Shown here in pieces: positions 1-10,459 of a stretch of 64,000 nucleotides of DNA. The position numbers were made by a program, and so were the translations under genes. A model generated the notes under the pieces. It was not told the DNA's origin. It saw only the letters and a list, made by a program, of their open reading frames with translations, and did no database searches. Each line of letters begins with the position of its first letter. Within the stretch, counting starts at the first letter, position 1. The DNA comes from an uncultured delta proteobacterium (GTDB taxonomy: Bacteria > Desulfobacterota > Desulfobacteria > Desulfobacterales > Desulfosalsimonadaceae): positions 416,001-480,000 of the forward strand of contig CAWGYD010000001.1 of NCBI GenBank assembly GCA_963826785.1, given 5' to 3'.

Positions 1-1
1 G

Positions 2-370
2 GCGGAAAATGATGCTGAACCCAGAATGGCCAGGATACAGGAAAACCTGTTTTTCCTGAATTCGGGAAGCATCGGCAACCGTTCTTCCGGACTCTTGGAA
101 TCCGCCAAATTCGAAGATTTCCTGGAAAAGGCGCGGGATCATTTCGACCATGTGATACTGGATTGCCCGCCGGTGTCCAATTTCCCCGAGACCCGCAGGC
201 TGGCTTCAAGAGCGGACGGCGTCGTCCTGGTGGTTAACGCCGGCATCACCATGAAGAATGTGGCCCTGCGGGCAAAGCGGGATCTCAGCGAGGCCGGCGC
301 CACTCTGCTGGGGGTGGTGTTGAACAAGAGGGAATATTTTATCCCCCGGTGGTTGTACTACAAGGTTTAG
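2..370 (+). CDS. CpsD/CapB (Wzc-type) tyrosine-kinase domain protein, C-terminal part (5'-truncated by window)
   Basis: Frame is open from position 2. Motifs FDHVILDCPPV (Walker B), ADGVVLVV and LLGVVLN. Lies in an EPS operon. Confidence 0.85.
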   Translation, partial: AENDAEPRMARIQENLFFLNSGSIGNRSSGLLESAKFEDFLEKARDHFDHVILDCPPVSNFPETRRLASRADGVVLVVNAGITMKNVALRAKRDLSEAGATLLGVVLNKREYFIPRWLYYKV

Positions 371-450
371 GGATTTATCCGTTTTTCTTCAGGATCAGAT
401 AAATCAGGCCCGATCAACACAGTTCCGAAAAATACAGGCAGGAGGGGCTT

Positions 451-1548
451 ATGCGGCTCTTTGCAAATACATCAACCCTTAGACAGAAAAAATACAACGC
501 CATTTATTCCAAGGAAAAATTTCAACTCGTACTGGACCAGGAGCGTGCCAGGGCGGACCGGAATGGAAACCCGTTTTCCTTGATTGTTCTCACCCTCGAA
601 ACTGAGAGGGAACACGATGTTCACCGGCTTATTCAGACACTGAAAAACCGTATCCGTCTAATCGATCATCTGGGGTGGATCAGTCCCGGCCATATCGGCG
701 TAATTCTCCCGGATACGCCTCATGAGGGCACAACTGAATTCATCAAGGATATTGAAAACAGGCTGGCATCGGAAAATCGTTTCTACTCCTATGAAATTTA
801 CACCTATCCCAGTCACCAGATTGCCGGTGAAATCCTGAACCCGGAAATGCCGGCAGATGATAAAACCGCCGCACAGAAGGAAATTCTTCATTTTCTAGGC
901 AGGCCGATTCCGGCCTGGAAGCGTTTCATCGACATCGTGGGGGCCGGCATGGCGCTGATTGTCCTGTCACCGTTATTTTTGATCATGGCGGTCTACATCA
1001 AGATCGTTTCCCCCGGCCCTGTTTTTTTCAGGCAGCAGCGCCTCGGATATCTCGGAAAACCGTTTGTCTGCTGGAAATTCAGAACGATGACCGCCGGGGT
1101 GGATCATGAAAAACATCGTGAGCATGTCTACAACCTGATCCGGAATGGCCAGAAGCTGACCAAACTCGATGACCAGCCCGACTCGGGCATTATCCCGTTT
1201 GGCAATATGCTGCGCAAACTCGGAATCGATGAACTTCCGCAACTGATCAACATCATGGCCGGGGACATGAGCATGATCGGCCCCCGGCCATGCATGGCTT
1301 ATGAAGCCGCCGAATTCGTCAACTGGCATTTCAGACGTTTTGATATTCATCCCGGACTGACCGGCCTGTGGCAGGTCAGCGGTAAAAACCGGACGACGTT
1401 TGAGGAAATGATGCGCCTGGATATCCATTACGGACGGAAACGGACGCTCTTTCAGGATATCATGATCTTTATAAAAACGCTGCCGGCGGTCATCCGCCAG
1501 GCAATAGAACCGAAAAAAGGGGAAATTCATGGAAAATCCGCCAATTAA
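451..1548 (+). CDS. Priming sugar transferase (Bac_transf family) with N-terminal degenerate GGDEF-like domain
   Basis: C-terminal motifs KRFIDI, GPVFFRQQRLG, KFRTM, IDELPQL, GDMSMIGPRP, PGLTGLWQVSG. N-terminal GGDEF-like ERARADRNGNPFSLIVL...RLID...IGVILPDT. SD GGAGG. Confidence 0.9.
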   Translation: MRLFANTSTLRQKKYNAIYSKEKFQLVLDQERARADRNGNPFSLIVLTLETEREHDVHRLIQTLKNRIRLIDHLGWISPGHIGVILPDTPHEGTTEFIKDIENRLASENRFYSYEIYTYPSHQIAGEILNPEMPADDKTAAQKEILHFLGRPIPAWKRFIDIVGAGMALIVLSPLFLIMAVYIKIVSPGPVFFRQQRLGYLGKPFVCWKFRTMTAGVDHEKHREHVYNLIRNGQKLTKLDDQPDSGIIPFGNMLRKLGIDELPQLINIMAGDMSMIGPRPCMAYEAAEFVNWHFRRFDIHPGLTGLWQVSGKNRTTFEEMMRLDIHYGRKRTLFQDIMIFIKTLPAVIRQAIEPKKGEIHGKSAN

Positions 1549-2554
1549 TGTTGCCGTTATCGGATGCGGATATTGGGGGCCGAATCTGATTCGTAACTTC
1601 TGGTCGCTTTCGGAATCCAACGTGGCGTTAGTCTGCGACAGGGATCAGAACCGGCTGAACCATATGAAAAAGCTTTACCATGTCGAAACAACCACTGATT
1701 ACCGGGAGGTATTCGAGAATCCGCAGATCGACGCTGTGGCCATTGCCACGCCGGTCTCATCCCATTATGAATTGGCACAGCAAAGCCTGAGGTCTGGAAA
1801 ACATACCTTCATCGAAAAACCGATCACAAGAACCACTGAGGAGGCCCGGAGCCTGGTCGGTCTTGCACAAGATCTAAACCGGGTGCTGATGGTCGGCCAC
1901 ACGTTCATCTATTCCAGTCCGGTCCGTAAAATAAAGGAAATCGTCGATTCGGGCGAAATCGGTCAACTGCTGTATATCAGCTCCCAGCGGCTGAACCTGG
2001 GGCTTTTTCAGAAGGACATCAATGTGGCCTGGGACCTGGCCCCCCATGACATATCGATCATCCTGTATATCATGGGCAAACAGCCCGAATCCGTAAACTG
2101 CCAGGGAAAAAATCATATCAGCGGTGCCATCGAGGATGTCACCAACATTTCCATGAATTTTCCCAACGGGGGATTTGCCACCATCCTCAGCAGCTGGCTG
2201 GATCCCAATAAAATCCGACGGATGACGTTTGTCGGAAGCAAGAAGATGATCCTTTACGATGACAATGAACCGCTGGAAAAGATCAGGATTTACGACAAGG
2301 GCGTCCAGGTGCCGGAATACTATGACACGTTCGGTGAATTCAATTATTCCTATCATTACGGGGATCTCACCGTGCCCTATATCAAGCAGGAAGAACCGCT
2401 CAAGGTTCAGTGCCAGCATTTTATCGACTGTATCCGTGAGGGAAAGAACTGCCTGTCGTCGGGAATTGAAGGGCTCAATGTCGTGCAGGTTCTGGAAGCG
2501 GCAAGCCACTCCCTCAGCAATGACGGCGTAAAGGTCAATATCCTGATGAACTGA
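1529..2554 (+). CDS. Gfo/Idh/MocA NAD-dependent oxidoreductase (WbpB/WlbA-like)
   Basis: GCGYWG Rossmann motif, ATP..H, EKP, VGH, DLAPHD. Adjacent to an acetyltransferase and a DegT aminotransferase. Confidence 0.88.
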   Translation: MENPPINVAVIGCGYWGPNLIRNFWSLSESNVALVCDRDQNRLNHMKKLYHVETTTDYREVFENPQIDAVAIATPVSSHYELAQQSLRSGKHTFIEKPITRTTEEARSLVGLAQDLNRVLMVGHTFIYSSPVRKIKEIVDSGEIGQLLYISSQRLNLGLFQKDINVAWDLAPHDISIILYIMGKQPESVNCQGKNHISGAIEDVTNISMNFPNGGFATILSSWLDPNKIRRMTFVGSKKMILYDDNEPLEKIRIYDKGVQVPEYYDTFGEFNYSYHYGDLTVPYIKQEEPLKVQCQHFIDCIREGKNCLSSGIEGLNVVQVLEAASHSLSNDGVKVNILMN

Positions 2555-2587
2555 TTGCAAATGATCCTGTCAGAAAATGGAGACAAC

Positions 2588-3130
2588 ATGAGTATCGGAA
2601 ACACCCTGCAGCGAATCGCCCCTGATGTCCGGCTGGGCAAGGAGGTTGCGATCTATGATTTTGTCAATCTTTACGGCTGCGAAATCGGCGATCATACCCG
2701 TATCGGGACTTTTGTCGAGGTTCAGAAAAACTCGCGTATCGGTCGGAACTGCAAAATCTCCAGCCACAGTTTCATCTGCGAAGGCGTGCACATCGAGGAC
2801 GAGGTATTCATCGGACACCATGTGGTGTTCATCAATGACCGGTATCCCCGGTCCGTGAATGCCGGGGGCGGCCTTCAGTCCGAGAGCGACTGGACATGCA
2901 TTGCCACCACGGTCAAAAAAGGCGCCTCCATCGGCTCCAATGCCACCCTGCTGTGCGGAATCACCATCGGTGAACATGCCATGGTCGGAGCGGGGAGCGT
3001 GGTCACCGCCGATGTGCCCGCGGGCGCCATCGTCGCGGGAAATCCGGCCAGGATTATCCGGATGGATGCAGCCTCCGGCAGGGCGATGGACGCATCTCCT
3101 GAAATGAAAGCGCTTCGGGAGCAAATTTGA
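2588..3130 (+). CDS. Hexapeptide-repeat N-acetyltransferase (WbpD/WlbB-like)
   Basis: LbH repeats, NLYGCEIG, FINDRYPR, GAGSVVT..VP..VAGNPAR. Start chosen at the ATG after SD GGAG. Confidence 0.88.
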   Translation: MSIGNTLQRIAPDVRLGKEVAIYDFVNLYGCEIGDHTRIGTFVEVQKNSRIGRNCKISSHSFICEGVHIEDEVFIGHHVVFINDRYPRSVNAGGGLQSESDWTCIATTVKKGASIGSNATLLCGITIGEHAMVGAGSVVTADVPAGAIVAGNPARIIRMDAASGRAMDASPEMKALREQI

Positions 3131-3217
3131 CATATGAAAAACGAGCGGACAATCCCGCTGAAACAGCGCACATGTCCGGCTTCACCTCGGTAACTTTAAC
3201 CCGGAAATAGAGGATCA

Positions 3218-4342
3218 ATGCATATGACCGTTCCCTTTCTCGATTTAAAATCCCAGTACGCCCCGATTAAAGATGAAATCAGCGCTGCCATTTTTGAAGT
3301 CATTGATGATTGTGCATTTGCGGGCGGCCCCTATGTTGAGAAGTTTGAATCCGAATTCGCGTCTTTTTGCCGGTGCCGGGAGGCCGTGGGGGTGGGAAAC
3401 GGCACAGAAGCCCTGTGGCTCGCCCTGATCGCACTGGGGATCGGCCCCGGTCACGAGGTGATCACGGTCCCGAATACCTTCATCGCCACCACGGAAGCGA
3501 TCAGTTTCTGCGGGGCCACCCCCGTTTTTGTGGATATCGAGGAAAACACCTGCAATATGAATCCCGAACTGCTCAAGCGGGCCATCACCAAAAAAACCCG
3601 GGCCATCATTCCCGTGCACCTTTTCGGGCAGATGGCCGATATGGACCCCATTCTTAAAATCGCCCGGGATCACCACCTGTATGTGATCGAGGATGCCTGC
3701 CAGGCGCATGGCGCCGAATACCAAGGAAAAAGGGCGGGGTCCATGGGGGATGCCGGTTGTTTCAGTTTCTACCCGGGTAAAAACCTGGGCGCTTACGGCG
3801 AGGCCGGCGCGGTGGTGACCAGTGATCCCGCACTGGCGGACAAACTTCGTATCCTGCGGGACCATGGACAGCGCAAGAAATACGATCATGCCGCCATCGG
3901 CTGGAATGCGCGGATGGACGGCATCCAGGCAGCGGTCTTGAGCGTCAAGCTGAAATACCTGGACCAATGGAACGATTTGAGAAGGAAGCATGCCCGGATG
4001 TACATGTCGCTCCTTAAAGGCGTTCCCGAATTGACGCTTCCCCGGGAAGAAGAAAACCGGAAGCACATCTATCATGTGTTCGCCGTTAGACATTCGCATC
4101 GTGACATCCTGCAGGCGGAAATGGCCAATCGCGGCATCGCCTGCGCCATCCATTACCCGGTGCCGATTCATCTCCAGGATGCCTATTCCGGAATGGAAAT
4201 CAAAAAAGGACGGTTCCCCCTGGCCGAAAAAGCCGCATCCGAATTTCTCTCTCTGCCCATGTTCCCCGAACTCACCGGTGAACAGATCGAGACCGTCTGC
4301 GATGGACTGAAAATCTTCTGCCGCCATTCGAGCGCCAATTAA
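3218..4342 (+). CDS. DegT/DnrJ/EryC1/StrS PLP aminotransferase (WbpE/WlbC-like)
   Basis: VPFLDL, IEDACQAHGA, SFYPGKNLGAYGEAG (PLP Lys), LSLPMFP. Confidence 0.93.
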   Translation: MHMTVPFLDLKSQYAPIKDEISAAIFEVIDDCAFAGGPYVEKFESEFASFCRCREAVGVGNGTEALWLALIALGIGPGHEVITVPNTFIATTEAISFCGATPVFVDIEENTCNMNPELLKRAITKKTRAIIPVHLFGQMADMDPILKIARDHHLYVIEDACQAHGAEYQGKRAGSMGDAGCFSFYPGKNLGAYGEAGAVVTSDPALADKLRILRDHGQRKKYDHAAIGWNARMDGIQAAVLSVKLKYLDQWNDLRRKHARMYMSLLKGVPELTLPREEENRKHIYHVFAVRHSHRDILQAEMANRGIACAIHYPVPIHLQDAYSGMEIKKGRFPLAEKAASEFLSLPMFPELTGEQIETVCDGLKIFCRHSSAN

Positions 4343-4350
4343 AAGAACGG

Positions 4351-5298
4351 ATGATCCCCATGGTTTCCAACCGAGCAATGCTGAATCTGTATTACCTGAT
4401 CAAACCCTGCATCCCCCGGAAGTTTCAGATCAGGGCCAGGCGGCGGCTGTCCGAGATCATCAAGCAGAAAAACGGGGCCAGCTGGCCGATTTTGCCTGAA
4501 TCGGCCACCATTCCGTCCTGGTGGAAGGGCTGGAAGGATGATCGGAAGTTCGCCCTGATCCTGACCCATGATGCGGAATGGCAGTACGGGTTCGACAAAT
4601 GTGAATCGCTGATGGAAATCGAGAAGAACATGGGGTTCGTATCTTCATTCAACCTCGTGCCGGAACGCTACTGCATCGATATTGAAACCATCAACCGCAT
4701 CAAGGCGCAGGGGTTTGAGGTGGGGGTCCACGGCCTCAGGCATGACGGAAAACTGCTCCTGTCCAGGGAAATGTTTCTGGAGCGGTCCAAAAAAATCAAC
4801 GAGTATATTCGAAAATGGGGGGCGGCCGGGTTTCGGGCCCCTTCCATGCATCATGATCTGGAACTGTTCAAGCATTTAAACATCGCCTACGATGCCTCCA
4901 CTTTTGATACCGATCCCTTTGAACCGCAATCCGACGGGGTCCGTACGATTTTCCCGTTCTGTGTGTTAAACGGCTCCAGGAAGATCTGTTATTGGGAACT
5001 CCCCTATACACTGCCCCAGGACAGCACCCTGTATATCATTCTAAGGGAGGATTCAAACGCCATCTGGAAGAAAAAGGTGGACTGGGTCGCCCAGAACGGA
5101 GGGATGGCGCTTTTGAATACCCATCCGGACTATATGAATTTTTCCGGAAGCCAATTGGGTTTCGAGGAATACCCCCTGAAATTCTATGTGGATTTTCTGG
5201 ATTACGTAAAGACCAGATATGAAGGCCAATACTGGAATCCTCGTCCCGTGGACTTGGTTCACCATCTCAACCATGTATATCACAGCACCTTTAATTGA
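4351..5298 (+). CDS. Polysaccharide deacetylase-like (CE4/NodB-fold) protein
   Basis: LTHDAE, EVGVHGLRHD, GFRAP, ELPYTLPQD, NTHPDY. Confidence 0.72.
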   Translation: MIPMVSNRAMLNLYYLIKPCIPRKFQIRARRRLSEIIKQKNGASWPILPESATIPSWWKGWKDDRKFALILTHDAEWQYGFDKCESLMEIEKNMGFVSSFNLVPERYCIDIETINRIKAQGFEVGVHGLRHDGKLLLSREMFLERSKKINEYIRKWGAAGFRAPSMHHDLELFKHLNIAYDASTFDTDPFEPQSDGVRTIFPFCVLNGSRKICYWELPYTLPQDSTLYIILREDSNAIWKKKVDWVAQNGGMALLNTHPDYMNFSGSQLGFEEYPLKFYVDFLDYVKTRYEGQYWNPRPVDLVHHLNHVYHSTFN

Positions 5299-5375
5299 CC
5301 GTACCGTCCGGGGGGGTCTGATGAATATCGGAATCCGCGGACCGCTGCGGAAATGACGATATAAGAGGGCAGAAT

Positions 5376-6608
5376 TTGACTGATCGCCATAAAAAATCGC
5401 TCTGCATACTTCGCCACGGCTATTTCCCTCATGATTCGCGATTGATCAAGGAGGTCAATGCATTGATCGAGGCCGGATACAGCATCGACATCATCTGCCT
5501 CCGGCTGCCGGGTGAAAAATCGAGGGAAGTCAAAAAGAATCTGAGGATCTACCGGCTTCCCTACAAGCATCGGCGCAAAGGAATACTGGAGTATATCTTT
5601 CGATATCTTCTGTCGTTTACCATGATGTCGGCCATTGTCACCATTTTGCATCAAAAGCGCGGCTATGACCTGATCCAGGTCAATACCATGCCCGATTTCC
5701 TGGTATTCGCCACCTGGTACCCCCGTCTGACGGGCGCTAAAATCCTGCTGGATCTCCATGAACCGACCCCGGAACTCTGGAAATCCAAGTTCGAAAAACG
5801 CAAGATGCGCTTTTTGATCCGCTTCATGGAGCGTATCGAGCAGATGGCCATCTCCTATGCCGACCAGTCCATCACCGTCAATGAAACCATCCGGCAGCGG
5901 TTTATCGAGAGGGGTGCGGATGAAAAAAAGATTTCCATCATCCGCAATGTCCCCAGCGAGACGTTTCAGAAATCGGGGATCGCTCAGCTGCCGGAAGACC
6001 AGTTCAAGATCATCACCCATGGCTCCATCGAAAAGCGCTACGGCCATGAGTTGATTCTCCAGGCGCTCACACTGCTCAAGGACCGGATCCCCGGCATCCA
6101 CCTGTATATCGTCGGAGACGGGGAGGATGCCCCGCAGCTGCGCCAGAAAGTATCGGAACTGTCCCTTTCGGAAGATGTCACTTTTACCGGGTGGGTTCCC
6201 ATCGAAACGATCCCCCGGCTGATCGCTGCCGCGGATTTGGGGATCGTTTCCATCCTTCCCACCGCGTTTGGTGAACTGTGCCAGCCCAACAAGCTGTTTG
6301 AATATGTCGCGCTGCAGAAGCCGGTGGTCGCCCCTCGGCTGCCCGCCATTACGGAATCTTTCGATGACGATTCCCTGATATATTTTGAACCCGGAAATCC
6401 GGCGGACCTGGCAGACCGGGTCGAGGAATTTTACCGCAATCCCCAGATCAAATCCGAGTTGGCGCAAAATGCCTTCAGGGTTTACGAAAGGCTGAAGTGG
6501 AGCCGGGTGAAGACCGATTATGTCAAAGGGGTTGCATCCATGATTTCGGCATCCGGGTTGTTTGGACCGGCGCCGGCAGGAAAGGGCGCTGATGGATATC
6601 GAATATAA
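5376..6608 (+). CDS. Glycosyltransferase family 4 (GT-B)
   Basis: LDLHE, HGSIEKRYG, IVGDG, PNKLFEYVALQKPVV. TTG start. Confidence 0.9.
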   Translation: MTDRHKKSLCILRHGYFPHDSRLIKEVNALIEAGYSIDIICLRLPGEKSREVKKNLRIYRLPYKHRRKGILEYIFRYLLSFTMMSAIVTILHQKRGYDLIQVNTMPDFLVFATWYPRLTGAKILLDLHEPTPELWKSKFEKRKMRFLIRFMERIEQMAISYADQSITVNETIRQRFIERGADEKKISIIRNVPSETFQKSGIAQLPEDQFKIITHGSIEKRYGHELILQALTLLKDRIPGIHLYIVGDGEDAPQLRQKVSELSLSEDVTFTGWVPIETIPRLIAAADLGIVSILPTAFGELCQPNKLFEYVALQKPVVAPRLPAITESFDDDSLIYFEPGNPADLADRVEEFYRNPQIKSELAQNAFRVYERLKWSRVKTDYVKGVASMISASGLFGPAPAGKGADGYRI

Positions 6609-8046
6609 ACAAACCGCAGATCCGGATCTGGTCCAGCGCCAGTGGATGGTTCCCATGATGTTTCTCATGGGGGGCCTGATCACCGGAATGATCATCCTCA
6701 AGCTGGCATGGCCGTTTCCCCTCGCGGTGCTGGCCGGACCGGCCGTGCTCGTGGTGTTCATTCTGAAGCCCCAGTATGGACTTTATGCCTTCTTCACCAT
6801 GATCATCCTGATGACCGAATATTTTCCGGAAACCGCGTCGGGCAAAAACATGTTCATCTTCAATGATGCCGATACCATTCAGGGGCTGCCGTCACCGTTG
6901 ATCATGTCGCTGCTGATGATGTTCACGGTCTTTTTTGCCTGGCGGTACTTCATCGAGAAAAAGCCGTCCGTCATCCCTCTGAGATATCTTTTCCTGCTGG
7001 TGGTCATCCTCACCCTGGCGACCCTGACCGGCATGCGAAACGGATGGGACCCCATCGATATCAGGGTCAATTTCATGGCGTTTCTTTTTCCGGCCTTCTG
7101 CTTCTATCTTTGCGTCAATATCCTGACGGAGATGAAGCAGGTCTACTGGATGGTCGGGATCATTTTTGCGGCCTGCGTGGTCAAGTCGGCCATTCTGGGA
7201 CTGTATTACCTCGAGGGGCAGGGCATTGTCATCGGTACCGCCCAGGCGGCCGTCACCTATGATCCATCCGACCTGATGGCGTTTTCCACCATGCTGCTGG
7301 TGGCCTTTGCCATCGTTTCCAAACGCGGCATCCGGTTGCGCCAGATCCTTCTGTTTCTGGCGGCCGCCGCACCGATCCTTTTTGCGGTGCTGTACTCGTT
7401 TCGAAGGGGAATCTGGATCGGAACCACGCTGGCCGTGGTCCTTTACTTTCTGATGAGCCCGCTTGCCACCAAGAAACGGATCATCCGGGGCCTTGTTCTG
7501 TTCACGCTTCTGCTGGCCATCCTGGGCAATATCGACCTGGGCGGAAGCAGCGGCTCCGGCAGCATCATCAACCGCCTGTCTTCCATTCTGGATGCAAAAC
7601 AGGACTCCAATCGGCATCATATGCTCGAGTCCCGGCAGGCACTCTCGGATATCTCCAAAAGCCCCCTTCTGGGGCTCGGCCTGGGATCGAAGCACAAACC
7701 GGTGAAATACATCGACTGGAGTGCGGACGAGCAGCCTGTCGGCACCGTGCACAACACATGGGTTCTGATCTGGATGAAAACCGGCCTGGTGGGCGTATTC
7801 TTTTTCCTGTGGGTCGGGCTGATGTATTTGCGCAGCATCGCTGTTATTGTGCGGCACAACAGGGATAACCGCTATCCGGTCATCCTGGCACTGGCTGCCA
7901 GTATCGGACTGTGGCTGATACAAAGCATCATCACCCCGATTCCCGATTATTATCATCGAAGCTTTCTCATCATGCTCTTCTCGGCCCTGGTGGTTTCATC
8001 TGCTCATATCCTGTCGAATTCATCGAAAGACCGGGTCGAGCGATGA
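6592..8046 (+). CDS. O-antigen ligase/Wzy polymerase family membrane protein
   Basis: Many TM segments. SFRRGIW, PLLGLGLG and VHNTWV..W.KTGLVG (Wzy_C). Confidence 0.82.
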   Translation: MDIEYKQTADPDLVQRQWMVPMMFLMGGLITGMIILKLAWPFPLAVLAGPAVLVVFILKPQYGLYAFFTMIILMTEYFPETASGKNMFIFNDADTIQGLPSPLIMSLLMMFTVFFAWRYFIEKKPSVIPLRYLFLLVVILTLATLTGMRNGWDPIDIRVNFMAFLFPAFCFYLCVNILTEMKQVYWMVGIIFAACVVKSAILGLYYLEGQGIVIGTAQAAVTYDPSDLMAFSTMLLVAFAIVSKRGIRLRQILLFLAAAAPILFAVLYSFRRGIWIGTTLAVVLYFLMSPLATKKRIIRGLVLFTLLLAILGNIDLGGSSGSGSIINRLSSILDAKQDSNRHHMLESRQALSDISKSPLLGLGLGSKHKPVKYIDWSADEQPVGTVHNTWVLIWMKTGLVGVFFFLWVGLMYLRSIAVIVRHNRDNRYPVILALAASIGLWLIQSIITPIPDYYHRSFLIMLFSALVVSSAHILSNSSKDRVER

Positions 8047-8089
8047 ATCGCCCCCTCTTTTTTCCAGGAACTAAAGGATTGAAGGATCT

Positions 8090-9433
8090 ATGTTACAACG
8101 GCTGATACACGGCTCATTCTGGGCCACTTCGGAGAAAATGGTCTCGGTTTTTCTCGGGTTTGCCAGTTATTTTCTGCTGGCCCACCTGCTTTCGCCTCAT
8201 GAAATGGGCGCCTATTTTCTGACCATGAGCCTGGTGGCCCTTTCCGCCACCCTCGCCCAACTGGGTTTGAATCAGACCATTGTCCGCCTGGTGGCCGAAG
8301 CGGTTGGAACCGGCCGGCCGGGGCGTGCCGCCGCTGCGGTGAAGAAGGTCATGCTGTACGGGGGGGCCGGCGCCCTGGTGGTGGCGGGCATCCTGATATC
8401 GGGAGCGGGCCGGTGGGTGGCCGTGGAGGTCTTTCATTCGTCCTTGATGGCCCATGTCATGGTTCTGGCCGGGATCATGCTGATCATGACCACTTTTCAG
8501 GGACTGCTCAGTGAATCTTTCCGGGGATTCTATGATATCCGGTATGCCAGCATCTTCAGCGGCTTCTTTTCCACTTTGATCTCCATTCTCCTGTTTTTCA
8601 TCCTGTGGATGAAAACAGGCCATGCCGACCTGGCGACGGTGATGATCCTTTCCATCATCGGCGGGACCACCAGCAACCTGGCCGCCGCTTTTCTGCTGAA
8701 GCGGAAAGTGAATACCGTTGCCGGCAAGGATGAACTCAGGCGGCGGGAAATTCTAACCATTGCCTGGCCCATGCTGGTGACCAATCTGACCCTGTTCGTG
8801 CTCAACCAGATGTCCATATGGGTGGTGGGCGCATTCCTGCCGGAAAGCCAGGTGGCCGTCTACGGGGCGGCCCTGCGATTCGCCCTTCTGTTGGAAAAGC
8901 CCCTGCTGATCGCCAATGCATTTCTGCCGCCCATCATTGCCGAGATGTACTTTACCGGCCGGAAAACCGAATTGGAGAGAATCATCCGTACGGTGGCGGC
9001 CTTTGTGAGCATACCGGCGCTTCTTCTGCTGCTGGGGTTCATCCTGTTCGGAAAGATGATGCTGGGGATCATTTTCGGAGAATTCTACCAGTCGGGCACC
9101 ATCCTGCTGCTGATCCTGAGCATGGGGCAATTCATCAATGTCTGGTCCGGGTCCTGCGGCATCACCCTGATGATGACCGGACACCAGAAGTACATGATGG
9201 GCATCACGGTGGTATGCGGACTGCTGGGACTCGGCGCATCCATTATCCTCGTTCAGCTCTACGGCGCCCTGGGTGTGGCCATCTCTTTCAGTGCCACCCT
9301 CTCGACGCAGAATATTCTGATGCTGGTGTTTTGCCGGATCAAAACCGGTATCTGGGCATTTGCGCATTTTTCATGGCCCGCCTTCCGCCGTCTGATCAAG
9401 TCCGAGCCCTTAAACGAACCTGCAAGGCCCTGA
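8090..9433 (+). CDS. wzx: Wzx-type oligosaccharide flippase
   Basis: About 12 TM segments. LLSPHEMG, LGL...VR, VAVYGAA.R, YGALGVA. Confidence 0.85.
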   Translation: MLQRLIHGSFWATSEKMVSVFLGFASYFLLAHLLSPHEMGAYFLTMSLVALSATLAQLGLNQTIVRLVAEAVGTGRPGRAAAAVKKVMLYGGAGALVVAGILISGAGRWVAVEVFHSSLMAHVMVLAGIMLIMTTFQGLLSESFRGFYDIRYASIFSGFFSTLISILLFFILWMKTGHADLATVMILSIIGGTTSNLAAAFLLKRKVNTVAGKDELRRREILTIAWPMLVTNLTLFVLNQMSIWVVGAFLPESQVAVYGAALRFALLLEKPLLIANAFLPPIIAEMYFTGRKTELERIIRTVAAFVSIPALLLLLGFILFGKMMLGIIFGEFYQSGTILLLILSMGQFINVWSGSCGITLMMTGHQKYMMGITVVCGLLGLGASIILVQLYGALGVAISFSATLSTQNILMLVFCRIKTGIWAFAHFSWPAFRRLIKSEPLNEPARP

Positions 9434-9465
9434 TCAGATAAAATCAAACACAGGAGCATTTTTTT

Positions 9466-10443
9466 ATGACCCAAACGGTGCCATATCCCATTCCGCTTTT
9501 CCTTTGCTCCCTGCCGCGCTCCGGCTCGACCCTGCTGCAGCGGATGCTGGCGGCCCATGCGCATATTTCGACGGCATCGGAGCCGTGGGTGGCACTTCCG
9601 TTTCTGTATGCCACCAGGACATCCGGGATCATGGCCGAATACAACCAGAAGGCGCTGCACGCGGCATTAAATGATTTTTTTGCCCAGCTGCCCAATGGAA
9701 AATCCGATTTTGATGCCGAGATCAGGACATTGATCCTCCGGCTGTACCGGAAAGCCTCAAAACCCGGCAGCATCTACTTTCTGGATAAAACACCCCGTTA
9801 TCTGCTGGTGGCCGAGGACCTGTTCAGATTGTTTCCGGATGCCCGGTTCATTTTTTTGTACCGGTCTCCTCTGGCGGTGGCTGCATCCATCATCGAGACC
9901 TTCGGTGAGGGAAGATACAATCTCCCCTATTACGCCGTCGATCTGTTCGCCTGTCTGGAAAACATGCTGACCTGCCAGGGCACTTATGAAGACCGGATCT
10001 GCCGGGTCAGATACGAGGACCTGGTGGAAGGCCCCGAAAGGCAGCTTTCTAAGATCGCAACCTATCTGAACCTTTCCTATTCGGACGCGCTGGTTTCCGG
10101 AGTGGCCGGAACCCGGCTGAGGGGGACCCTGGGGGATCGGACGGGCGCCGGCCAGTATGCCTCCGTCAGCACCGAACCCCTGGAAAAATGGAAAAACAGC
10201 CTGGGGAGCCCCCGGCGCAAAAGATGGTGCCGGCAGTATCTGCAATGGATCGGAGAGGCGCGCCTTATGCAGATGGGATATGATTTAAGCCACTTGAAAT
10301 CGGAGCTCGATTCGGTCCCTTTTCGATTCAAAACGTTTTTTTCCGATTTGCGGACTTCGGCCCGGCGGATGAAAACAGGCGCCGAGAAGGATCGAAGAAT
10401 CGCATACGACCATGACATCGTTGCCGTCCCCTCCGACGGATGA
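9466..10443 (+). CDS. Sulfotransferase family protein
   Basis: 5'-PSB loop LPRSGSTLLQ, DKTPRY, YRSPLAVAAS (3'-PB), RYEDLV. Confidence 0.88.
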   Translation: MTQTVPYPIPLFLCSLPRSGSTLLQRMLAAHAHISTASEPWVALPFLYATRTSGIMAEYNQKALHAALNDFFAQLPNGKSDFDAEIRTLILRLYRKASKPGSIYFLDKTPRYLLVAEDLFRLFPDARFIFLYRSPLAVAASIIETFGEGRYNLPYYAVDLFACLENMLTCQGTYEDRICRVRYEDLVEGPERQLSKIATYLNLSYSDALVSGVAGTRLRGTLGDRTGAGQYASVSTEPLEKWKNSLGSPRRKRWCRQYLQWIGEARLMQMGYDLSHLKSELDSVPFRFKTFFSDLRTSARRMKTGAEKDRRIAYDHDIVAVPSDG

Positions 10444-10459
10444 AGGAAGCGCTGAAGCG

